A model generated the notes under the pieces. The model ran no database searches, was not told where the DNA came from, and saw only the letters and a list, made by a program, of their open reading frames with translations. A DNA stretch of 61,880 nucleotides, from contig JBMFSQ010000016.1 in assembly GCA_049967475.1 (NCBI GenBank), forward strand, positions 1 through 61,880, given 5' to 3'. This document shows positions 34,134 to 42,588 of this stretch, one piece after another. Source of the stretch: Chthonomonadales bacterium. GTDB taxonomy: Bacteria; Armatimonadota; Chthonomonadetes; Chthonomonadales; CAJBBX01. The position numbers and the translations under genes were made by a program. Numbering within the stretch: position 1 is the first letter of the stretch; each line of letters begins with the position of its first letter.

Positions 34134-35171
34134 GTGAGGCTGCCCGTGAGCAGCCTCCGCCCCGGCTTCCGAGGAACACCTTTGAGCCTGCGCCGCCTAC
34201 TAACTTCCCGCGAATTCGGGGTGCTTATCGTTTTGGCGCTCCTATGCGCTGCAATGTACTTCACTCCGGTTGCGGGCGCATTCTACAGCGGGCGGAACCT
34301 GCAGAACATTCTGCGCAACCTGTCTCTATTGGCGATCTTTGCAATCGGCGAGACCGTCGTGATCATCACCGGGGGCATTGATCTCTCCCTGGGCTCCCTC
34401 ATTGCCTTCAGCGGCATGGTCACGGCCTTCGCATTGGTCCGCCTGGATACCCGCCTCATTACGAGCGCGGCGACCGTAGCGAGCATCGGCATCGCCCTTG
34501 CGGTGGCACTCCTCATCGGAGCCTTGCACGCCACACTGATCCATCGTCTCAGGCTTCCGCCGTTTGTAGTGACTTTGGCTTCCCTGCTGGTACTGCGGAG
34601 CCAGGCACGGGTGATGAACGACCAACTGCCCATTCCCCTTGCCCAGTACTCCGGCCTCCTCTACCTGGCGAACGGGAATTTGTTCGACAATTCGCGGCTC
34701 CCCATTCCGGTGCCTCTGGTGATCCTCGCGGTGGTGGCGATTGTAGCGGGAGTACTGCTTGGGCGCACGCAAATGGGGAGATATGTGTACAGCGTGGGAA
34801 GCAACGAGACGGCTACCGCCCTCTCGGGGGTGAACGTGTATCGCGTGAAATTGTTCGCCTACGGGATGAGCGGCCTGCTGGGGGGACTGGCGGGGGTGTT
34901 GTGGGCCAGCTATGGAGGCCAGGGTGACCCCTTGGCTGCACAGGGGTACGAGTTGGATGCGGTGGCGGCAGCGGTTGTAGGCGGAGCGAGCCTCTCGGGT
35001 GGGCAGGGTTCCGTTTTCGGTACCGTCCTAGGCGCGACGCTCCTCTATGTGATCTTCAGCGCCATCAACCTCTCGCTCAGCAAGCCGGATCTGTGGCGCG
35101 GCACGGTAGTGGGAGGCGTACTGTTGTTTGCTGTGTTGGTGTCGGCGCTGCAGCAGCGGCGGGCTTCCTGA
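34134..35171 (+). CDS. sugar ABC transporter permease (RbsC-like)
   Basis: GGIDLSLGS, PPFVVTL, YELDAVAAAVVGGASLSGG. Confidence 0.93.
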   Translation: MRLPVSSLRPGFRGTPLSLRRLLTSREFGVLIVLALLCAAMYFTPVAGAFYSGRNLQNILRNLSLLAIFAIGETVVIITGGIDLSLGSLIAFSGMVTAFALVRLDTRLITSAATVASIGIALAVALLIGALHATLIHRLRLPPFVVTLASLLVLRSQARVMNDQLPIPLAQYSGLLYLANGNLFDNSRLPIPVPLVILAVVAIVAGVLLGRTQMGRYVYSVGSNETATALSGVNVYRVKLFAYGMSGLLGGLAGVLWASYGGQGDPLAAQGYELDAVAAAVVGGASLSGGQGSVFGTVLGATLLYVIFSAINLSLSKPDLWRGTVVGGVLLFAVLVSALQQRRAS

Positions 35172-35302
35172 CTCTAGCTCCGCAGAGGCCGAGGCTTCCC
35201 TTGCGGCTGCGGACGATTTGGCGGCATCCGTCTTGGGAACGCCTCGGCGGCAAGCCTCCGTAACCAATCTGGAGGCGCTATCCGCAATCAAGAAAGGTGT
35301 CC

Positions 35303-36613
35303 ATGCTGCGAATTCATAAGGGTGCTGCCGGTACGAAGTATCTGGTTCTGCTCTTCGTATTGGCGCTTCTGGCGGGCTTCTTCTACTGGCAATCGAGCTA
35401 CGGGCGCATCGGGCACGTAAGCGATCTGCCTGGCACAACGGCCGACCACATCGCTTTCGTGCGCCAGGACGGCGGCCGAACGAACATCTTCCTCGTTGCC
35501 GCCGACGGGAGCGACCTGCGCCAGCTAACCGACGACAAAGCCGCCAAGCGCGCCCCAGCGTGGTCGCCGGACGGCCGCGTACTCTGTTACGCAGGCGAGC
35601 CGACGGCGGCATCGGAGTCCGGGCGCACGTTCCAGATCTTCGTACTTGGGGGCGGAGCCCCGCGGATGGCCACGTATGGGTCCATCGGCAAAGATGCCCC
35701 TCAGTTTCGGCCGGACGGCAAGGTGATTGCCTTCCTCTCCGGCGGTGTAATAAAGGTCATCGCGCCCAACGGCAAGGACCTGCGCCAGGTGTATCCTCCG
35801 CCCCATAGAGGCGGAAGCTCATCCGGCGACACGGAAACCGGCGACGAGGCTGCAACCGACCCCACACAGTTCAAGCTGCCGCCCATCAGCCAGTTCAAAT
35901 GGTCGCCCGACGGCAAGGCAATCGCCGCGGTGCAGGTTCTGGAGGGCGAGACCCTGTTGGGTGAAGGCCGGCCGGAATGGTGGCATCGCGACGAACAGCC
36001 GGCAGGCCGACATGCGTCTTCGGGCATCATGGAGGCCGAGTCTGTAGTAGTCCTTCCTAGTTTGGATGCCCAGGCTCCGGTGATGCTTCCCGGTGCAGCG
36101 GCAAACCATGCAGGCATTGCTTGGTACCCCGACGGCATCCATTTGGCGGTGTCTCTCAGTACCAGCCGGAATGCCCACGGCATCGCCGTCTACCGCACAG
36201 ATGACCTTCACGGAATGCCGGATGGCATCTACCGCAGCGTAGGTTATACCGTGGCGCCCGAGAACCCGGCCGTGTCCCCCGACGGAAGCAGAATCGCCTT
36301 CGAGCTCTGGCGCATGGAGGGGCCCGAGAACCGAGAACTCCTGGGCATCGCGGTGCTGCCCGCCGATCCCAAACCTCCCGAGGCTACCCTGGTGATCCGC
36401 ACCCAGGCCGACATGGCGAAAATCCCTCTGGTGGTGCGCGGCGATGCCCACAATCCTCAGTGGTCCCCAGACGGCAGCCGCATCCTCTACTGGACCTACG
36501 GGAAGAATGGGCGGGATCTGTGGGTATGCCGGGCCGACGGCTCCAACCCGGTAAACCTCACGAAAGGTGTAGGCGACAACTTCGACGCCGTTTGGTCGCC
36601 GGCGCGCAAATAG
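35303..36613 (+). CDS. TolB-like beta-propeller (PD40 repeats)
   Basis: N-terminal TM/signal; repeated P.WSPDG motifs. Confidence 0.85.
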   Translation: MLRIHKGAAGTKYLVLLFVLALLAGFFYWQSSYGRIGHVSDLPGTTADHIAFVRQDGGRTNIFLVAADGSDLRQLTDDKAAKRAPAWSPDGRVLCYAGEPTAASESGRTFQIFVLGGGAPRMATYGSIGKDAPQFRPDGKVIAFLSGGVIKVIAPNGKDLRQVYPPPHRGGSSSGDTETGDEAATDPTQFKLPPISQFKWSPDGKAIAAVQVLEGETLLGEGRPEWWHRDEQPAGRHASSGIMEAESVVVLPSLDAQAPVMLPGAAANHAGIAWYPDGIHLAVSLSTSRNAHGIAVYRTDDLHGMPDGIYRSVGYTVAPENPAVSPDGSRIAFELWRMEGPENRELLGIAVLPADPKPPEATLVIRTQADMAKIPLVVRGDAHNPQWSPDGSRILYWTYGKNGRDLWVCRADGSNPVNLTKGVGDNFDAVWSPARK

Positions 36614-36746
36614 CGCCCCTTCGGTGACGCCCGTCACGCCCCAGCGGCGTCCTGGCTGCCTGCGATGCATGGCCGGCGGGGCTGCAAACGCCCACGTGTC
36701 GTGGCGCGCTCGTTTGGGGCCGCTCAGCGTTTCCTCTACGCGTAGG

Positions 36747-37817
36747 TCACCATGCGGCTGCCTGGCGCCTGCGGAGGATGGCACAGAATACCGGCGCCCC
36801 AACAAGGGAGGTCACCACACCCACGGGCATTTCATTGAGGTACACGCGGACAATGGTGTCCGACGCCAGCAACAGGATGGCGCCAAAGAGCGCCGCCAGC
36901 GGGAGAAGGGTGCGGTGATCGGGCCCCACAATCCGTCGCGCAAGGTGAGGCACCACGAGCCCAACGAAACCGATGATGCCTCCCACGGACACCGCCGCCG
37001 CCGTCGCCAAAGAGCCCACCACGAGCACACGTACCTTGAAGCGTTCGATCTCCACACCCAGATGCGCGGCAGTTTCTTCTCCAAGGGTTACCAGATTGAG
37101 CTCGCGGGCCCACAGGTGAAGGCACCCCGCAGCCAGAACGGCGAAAGGCGCAAGAAGCGCGGCCCGCGTCCAGTCGGCGTATTGAACGCTGCCGATGAGA
37201 TAGAAAAGGAGGCGCGAGGTCTGGTCGGCTCGGCCCGTCACCACCAATAGGAGCGGGATGAGGGCCCAAAGGAAGGTTCCTACCACCACTCCTGCCAAAA
37301 GAAACGATTGAACCGGAACCCGGCGACCCACGCGGGCGATGGAATAAACGAGGGCAACGGCTGCGAGGGCAGCCACAAAGGCGACACCGGCACTTCCCAA
37401 ACCCATCCCGATGGCGCCAACGCCTGCAACTTCGGCGATGGCCGCACCGACGGCTGCTCCCGCGGATACGCCCACGGTATAGGGGTCCGCCAGGGGGTTC
37501 ATGAGGAGGCCTTGGAATGCCACACCCGCATACGAAAGCAGGGCGCCGATGAGGACCGCTGCAAGAGCCCGGGGAAGCCGCATCTGCCAGACGATGACGT
37601 CGGCTTCGGGAGACGCGGGAACGTGAGGGATGCCCCTCAAGAAGGGCACATGGTTCACAAGGACCGACAGTTCCTCGTGCACGCCGATATGCACGCCTTG
37701 GGGACCAAGCCCTACACTCAGCACCAGGAGTACGGCAAGTGCTGCGCAGGCCGCACCGGTGGCGGATACCGCTCTAGCGCGGTGAGCAGGCCGATCCCAG
37801 TGTGTCTGCGAGGTCAT
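36747..37817 (-). CDS. iron/cobalamin ABC transporter permease (FecCD/BtuC)
   Basis: RLPR, NPLADPY..GVSAGA, LGEETA.HLG, GIIGFVGLVVPH. Confidence 0.93.
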   Translation of the reverse strand: MTSQTHWDRPAHRARAVSATGAACAALAVLLVLSVGLGPQGVHIGVHEELSVLVNHVPFLRGIPHVPASPEADVIVWQMRLPRALAAVLIGALLSYAGVAFQGLLMNPLADPYTVGVSAGAAVGAAIAEVAGVGAIGMGLGSAGVAFVAALAAVALVYSIARVGRRVPVQSFLLAGVVVGTFLWALIPLLLVVTGRADQTSRLLFYLIGSVQYADWTRAALLAPFAVLAAGCLHLWARELNLVTLGEETAAHLGVEIERFKVRVLVVGSLATAAAVSVGGIIGFVGLVVPHLARRIVGPDHRTLLPLAALFGAILLLASDTIVRVYLNEMPVGVVTSLVGAPVFCAILRRRQAAAW

Positions 37818-38737
37818 CGGCTGAAGGCGCGGGGGTGGAGCAATCGCGCGACGATCTCCACACCCTCTACCAGCCTCGGTCCTGGACGGGCGATGAGATC
37901 CGCATCTATCGAATAGAGCGCGTGCCGGCGCACAGCAGGCACGCTCGCCAGAGAAGGTGTGGCGAGGAGGCGGGCGGCATCCTCTTTAGAGGCGAGGATT
38001 ACATCCGGCTGATCAACTACAACGCGCTCCAGGGAGTATGTTTTGAAGCCTGGCCCCGCGTCTCGAGCCACGTTGACCCCGCCGGCCAGTGTAACGACAT
38101 CGTCCATGAAATTGGCCGATCCTGCCACCCAAAGGGGTTGCGCCTGCAGAACGATGAGCACCTTCGGGCGTGTGCGATCGTGAGCCAGCCGTCTCTCTAC
38201 TGCGGCGAGGCGCGCCCGCATCTGCCGGATCACGCGCTCCGCCTGCGCTTCGGATGCAGTGATGCGGCCGATTTGGAGTATGGCATCCATGGTGCCGGCG
38301 ACCGTCTTCGGATCTACAGCAAAGACCCTGATGCCCAGGCGATCCAGGCCATCCACTGCCTGGTGGTTCGCAGACAGGGAAGCGACCACGAGATCCGGCC
38401 GCTGCGCAACAACCTTTTCAAGGGAGGTACGGTAATCCCCAATATGGGGGAGCGAACGGGCCTGGGGCGGATAGTTGCAGTAGGTGGTGTCGGCGACAAT
38501 GCGCCCGTTCAGACCCAGAGCGAAGAGGATCTCGGTGATGGCGGGAGCCAAGGACACGATCCTTCGAGGGGGTGAAGGCAGCGAAATGCGCTTCCCACGG
38601 GCGTCGGTCGCCGTTATGGGTGAAGCGGGAGCCGAAGCAACGGGAAGGAAGAAAGCCGTGATGCATCCTGCAGTCACAAGAAGGACCTTGGCACAGGTGG
38701 AAACTCGGAATGCGAAACGCGTCACCGGGTGGCGCAT
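37814..38737 (-). CDS. cobalamin/iron-siderophore substrate-binding protein (BtuF-like)
   Basis: PRRIVSLAPAITEILFALG, CNYP, RPGPRL. Confidence 0.9.
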   Translation of the reverse strand: MRHPVTRFAFRVSTCAKVLLVTAGCITAFFLPVASAPASPITATDARGKRISLPSPPRRIVSLAPAITEILFALGLNGRIVADTTYCNYPPQARSLPHIGDYRTSLEKVVAQRPDLVVASLSANHQAVDGLDRLGIRVFAVDPKTVAGTMDAILQIGRITASEAQAERVIRQMRARLAAVERRLAHDRTRPKVLIVLQAQPLWVAGSANFMDDVVTLAGGVNVARDAGPGFKTYSLERVVVDQPDVILASKEDAARLLATPSLASVPAVRRHALYSIDADLIARPGPRLVEGVEIVARLLHPRAFSR

Positions 38738-38918
38738 GGGTTGCGGAGACCTCCTAGCATGCAGCCGGATCTGGCATTTGTTATACCCGCTTCTTGCCCG
38801 GTTGGGCCGTGATGCCTGCCCAGGCGGGCGCATAAGGGCAGGAGGACGCGGCGGCCACACCGAACTTCGCAGCCGAGTGGCGTCCCGCCAAAGGCGCCGA
38901 GGAAGGAGACAATTGCTC

Positions 38919-40661
38919 ATGAAGGCAAGCCGGCAATACGGATGGATCATCGGACCTGTGCTTCTTTCCCAAATGACAGCGGCCGGGTCTCCGCATCCAT
39001 CCGCACAACGAAGAGAGCACAGAGTGCCTGCGGTGATCTACTATGCCGTTCGCCCCAACCGCTACCTCACCGATCACGCGGCGGATCTGAAAAGATGGTG
39101 GGACGGTTTCTTCTTTAACGTGGGAAGTTGGGAAGATGCCAAGGTGCGCTTCGAGGGTAGCGAGGCTGAGAAGCCCAAAGAGGCGCCGCTCCTGGATGAG
39201 ATGGCCCGAAACCTTGCCTCCCTGCGGCGGGCCGGCATCACCGAAAACTTCCTAACGGTGTCGTTCCCACAAGACGGGGACTGGCCATCCCCGAAGACAC
39301 TGCTCTCGCCCGAGTACTCCCAACGAATGGCCTCGGACTTCGGCACGCTTGGGCGGGTGGCACACCGTTTGGGCTTCCGGGGAGTAGCGGTAGACCTGGA
39401 GTATCCCTACGAGCGTTACTCGATCACTCATTCCGTATACACGTACGACGGATACACGGTTGGCGACCTGCTTCGTGCGGCACGACGGCAGGGATATCGG
39501 AACACCCTCGCTCTCCTAGATGCGTTTCCCGATGCAGCGCTCCTCATCCTCCCCGGAGAATTAGCCACCCGCCCCATCGGCCGCGAATACATGATCGGGC
39601 TCATGCAAGCGATGTGCAGCCGCCAGGCGCCGGGCGGCTTCCACTTCGCCACGGAATACACCTACTGCTTGCAAGACGGCGTGTCTAATCTCGCAGCGTG
39701 CCGGTCCATAGACTGCAGCATCGAGGCCATTGCGGGACCCGCCATCGCCCGCTACTGGCGGCGCCGGGGAAGCGTGGCTCCCGGGGTCTGGCCGCTGCAT
39801 ATGGTGGAGACCGGCGGAAAAGATTACCCTGTGCAGCCGTGGGCGAAAGAAGTGAAGGAGCTTAGAGACCAATTTGCCGTGCTGAATACCGCTGCTCGGC
39901 GATGGATGTGGGTGTTCTCGGGCCAGCCAATCTGGTATCAATGGAGCGCCGAACTGGAGCAGCGATACGGGCTCACGCGCCCGCGTCTGGGGCGGCAGGA
40001 CGTTGATCCGACCCTCTTCCGAGATATCCTCGTTGAGAGGCCGCAGATGCCTGCAGCTTCACCTCTACGGCGGTTGCTCCACGGGGTGTTCAGACTGGAC
40101 GCCGGCCGGTTGAAGCCGGAAGAGCTGTGCGATCTGTTCGGCACACCGGGAAAGTGGTGGGTCCTGGGTCTGCTGGCCCATCCCGACGATGCGCCCCAGT
40201 TTGCGGCCCCCGAGGCCACCTTTGGCGAGCCAAACCCGCACCCTGTATACCATGGCCGTGATAGCGCCGTTCGATGGTTCCAAGTAGACAACCTGGATCC
40301 GCGAGGCATCACCAGCGGAAGATACCATTTTGACTATCGGAACATTGCAGGGTCCAGCGCGCATTTTGCTTGCGCGATCTACAGCCCGACCCGCCGGCGC
40401 GCCGTGTTGAATGTTGCATGGGACAGTGGGATCATTGTGAGGATCGGCGGCCGCATGGTTTTCGCATCGGGAAAGGAGCCGCCCCAGATCCTTTATCGGG
40501 ATAAGTACCGGTTCGCCAAGCGCGTGCCGATCATCCTGCCAAAGGGGCGCTCGGCCATGGTGGTTACCTGCTTGAATTCCCATGGCCGCCTGACGTTTGC
40601 CCTGCGCATTACGAACGAGCAAGGCATTCCCATTCCCGGCGTTCACTTCCGCCTCGATTAA
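38919..40661 (+). CDS. exported hypothetical protein (possible TIM-barrel with C-terminal beta-sandwich)
   Basis: GGAAGGAG RBS, signal-like N-terminus, GFRGVAVDLEY motif; no family recognised. Confidence 0.6.
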   Translation: MKASRQYGWIIGPVLLSQMTAAGSPHPSAQRREHRVPAVIYYAVRPNRYLTDHAADLKRWWDGFFFNVGSWEDAKVRFEGSEAEKPKEAPLLDEMARNLASLRRAGITENFLTVSFPQDGDWPSPKTLLSPEYSQRMASDFGTLGRVAHRLGFRGVAVDLEYPYERYSITHSVYTYDGYTVGDLLRAARRQGYRNTLALLDAFPDAALLILPGELATRPIGREYMIGLMQAMCSRQAPGGFHFATEYTYCLQDGVSNLAACRSIDCSIEAIAGPAIARYWRRRGSVAPGVWPLHMVETGGKDYPVQPWAKEVKELRDQFAVLNTAARRWMWVFSGQPIWYQWSAELEQRYGLTRPRLGRQDVDPTLFRDILVERPQMPAASPLRRLLHGVFRLDAGRLKPEELCDLFGTPGKWWVLGLLAHPDDAPQFAAPEATFGEPNPHPVYHGRDSAVRWFQVDNLDPRGITSGRYHFDYRNIAGSSAHFACAIYSPTRRRAVLNVAWDSGIIVRIGGRMVFASGKEPPQILYRDKYRFAKRVPIILPKGRSAMVVTCLNSHGRLTFALRITNEQGIPIPGVHFRLD

Positions 40662-40675
40662 GTTGGGAAGCGCAC

Positions 40676-41353
40676 CTAGCCTGGCGTTGGAAGGAGATCG
40701 GCGAAGACGAAGCCGTCCCTCTCTACGATCTCCCCGGGGGACACGGCGACGGGATGGCGGAACATGGGCCCGTCCCAAGCAAAAGTGTGAAATTCGCCGC
40801 GTTCCGCACAGGGATCTATGCCTTGTGGAAGATCGGCCAGAAACCCCTCGTCAAAGGTGCGGCCGGCGAACTGGCTGGGCAGCACCCGCGGATCCACGCA
40901 TGTTATGTAGGCTTTGAGGCCGGCGCGCACCATTGTATGGGCCAGATCTCCAGTGGGCATCGCCCAGAGAGGGAATAGGGGTTCGATGCCTGTGCCGGCC
41001 ATGCGCTCTTCGCGGTAGCGGCGCACGTCTTCCAGGTAAAGGTCGCCGAAGGCCACTGCCGTGGCACGAAAACGCCTCCGGGCTTCGTCCAGAGCCTGGC
41101 GCATCGCTTCTTCGTAAGCGTCGTTAGGACAAGGCCAGGGAAGCGCAACAGCTAATACCTCCAGGCCCACCGCCTCTGCCTGGGCTTCCAGCAGTTCCAG
41201 CCGAACCGCATGCATGGCTACACGGCGAAATTCGGCATTGTACGTCGTGAGGAGCCCCACCACTTCAATGTCGGGCATAGACCTCAGCACGTGAAGGGCC
41301 CATGCGGAATCCTTGCCCGTGGACCACGAAAGCAGAGTGCGGGTTTTCGTCAC
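40676..41353 (-). CDS. PP-loop ATP pyrophosphatase (Dph6/diphthamide synthase-like family)
   Basis: SWSTGKDS, AFGDL, PLW, DPCAERGEFHT. Confidence 0.9.
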   Translation of the reverse strand: MTKTRTLLSWSTGKDSAWALHVLRSMPDIEVVGLLTTYNAEFRRVAMHAVRLELLEAQAEAVGLEVLAVALPWPCPNDAYEEAMRQALDEARRRFRATAVAFGDLYLEDVRRYREERMAGTGIEPLFPLWAMPTGDLAHTMVRAGLKAYITCVDPRVLPSQFAGRTFDEGFLADLPQGIDPCAERGEFHTFAWDGPMFRHPVAVSPGEIVERDGFVFADLLPTPG

Positions 41354-41447
41354 CGGTCACCTCTTGGGGATTTGCGCAGCAATCACGCAAACGACGCCCG
41401 TATTGTGAAGGCGCCGTGGCTAAGATGTCAAGCGCTGGGAACCATGG

Positions 41448-41816
41448 CTATTTGAGGCCGGCTAAGTACGACGCGAGAGCTTGCAGGTCGGCATCCGGAA
41501 TGCGGTTGCCGTAGGCGGGCATCCGGGTACTGGGGTTATGGGAAGCCGGGTTGCGGATCTGCTCCATGATCCATCCCTTGGTGTGCGTGGGATCCGAGGC
41601 AACATGGGAAAGATCGGGAGCGCGTGATCCGCCTGTGCCCGCGAGGGAGTGGCAGCGGCGGCATCCGTACTTTTGGAACGCAGCCATGCCGGCGCCGGCG
41701 GCGGTCTCCTGCCCGCCGGCAGATGCGGGAGCCTTGTTGCAGCCTGCCGCAAGAATGACCAGGCACAGCAAGGACAGGCTCGGAGCAAGAACCCTGTGGA
41801 GTGTGCCGGCACGCAT
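41448..41816 (-). CDS. monoheme cytochrome c lipoprotein
   Basis: LAAGC lipobox, CRRCH, distal Met in RMP. Confidence 0.9.
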   Translation of the reverse strand: MRAGTLHRVLAPSLSLLCLVILAAGCNKAPASAGGQETAAGAGMAAFQKYGCRRCHSLAGTGGSRAPDLSHVASDPTHTKGWIMEQIRNPASHNPSTRMPAYGNRIPDADLQALASYLAGLK

Positions 41817-42191
41817 GATCTCTCCTTAAAAATCGAGATATTCAATATACGGCGCACCCGGCACGGAGCGTTGCCGCAACCGGGGGCGCGTCTCCATGCA
41901 CCCACCCGAACCCTGCAAGGAAGGTCTCCGTGCAGGGGAAACGCCGGTTCTGAACCGTACTTCGGGCAAACGGAGGCACGCTGCTCAATTGCCGACACGC
42001 ATTGGCGGATGGACACGGGAGGATAGCACGAGCTTTCCTTGAGCTATGAGGAATCATCCTCGTCTGCGCATCGGAGCCGCTTCGGCAAAGGACGGGGAAA
42101 TGACGCCGGGCGCTCGCCTTGGAAGGCACTACCGAACAGGATGGCTCTGGGCGAAACGGAGATCAGGCGCTGCGAGTGGAAGGCGAAGCCT

Positions 42192-42269
42192 TGGCGGGGA
42201 TGACGAGACTTGAACTCGCGACCTCCTGCGTGACAGGCAGGCGCTCTAACCGGACTGAGCTACACCCCC
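42192..42269 (-). tRNA. tRNA-Asp (GTC)
   Basis: GGGGGTGTAGCTCAGTCCGGTTAGAGCGCCTGCCTGTCACGCAGGAGGTCGCGAGTTCAAGTCTCGTCATCCCCGCCA; cloverleaf, GTC anticodon, encoded CCA. Confidence 0.98.
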
Positions 42270-42317
42270 GCATCCGACCCTGCACCTAAGCGTTTCCTTT
42301 GGCGCAGTTCGCTCCTC

Positions 42318-42347
42318 ATTCTACTGCCAATCGGCCTGCCCTGTCAA
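42318..42347 (-). promoter_or_regulatory. sigma70 promoter of tRNA-Asp
   Basis: Minus strand TTGACA (42347-42), 18 nt, TAGAAT (42323-18). Confidence 0.65.
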
Positions 42348-42588
42348 GACGCTCCGCGCGTGGGCGTGGATGCATCCGCCCCACCCTCGCCGATCAAACC
42401 GCGCCGCCCCAGTGCGGCACATTGGCGAACCCGCTTGCCATTGGCGCGACGAAACCCGGCAAAGACGAGGCCGCGATGATGCAAGCCGAGCATGGCAGCG
42501 CAGGACGGCTGGGAGGAACGATGGACCAAACATCGGGGTCCCGCCAGAACGAGCCCGTGGCGCCACGGTCAACCGGCATTCCGAAGCC

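Noticed and set aside
38738..38918. Cobalamin riboswitch upstream of the BtuF-like gene
   Set aside because: Only fragments are present (GCCACT, GCCAGA), with no convincing B12 box or GGGAA core. A -10-like TATAAC lies close to the start codon. An Rfam scan would be needed.
41817..42191. ncRNA or small gene between cytochrome c and tRNA-Asp
   Set aside because: Only short GC hairpins and motif-less ORFs are present; nothing supportable by eye.
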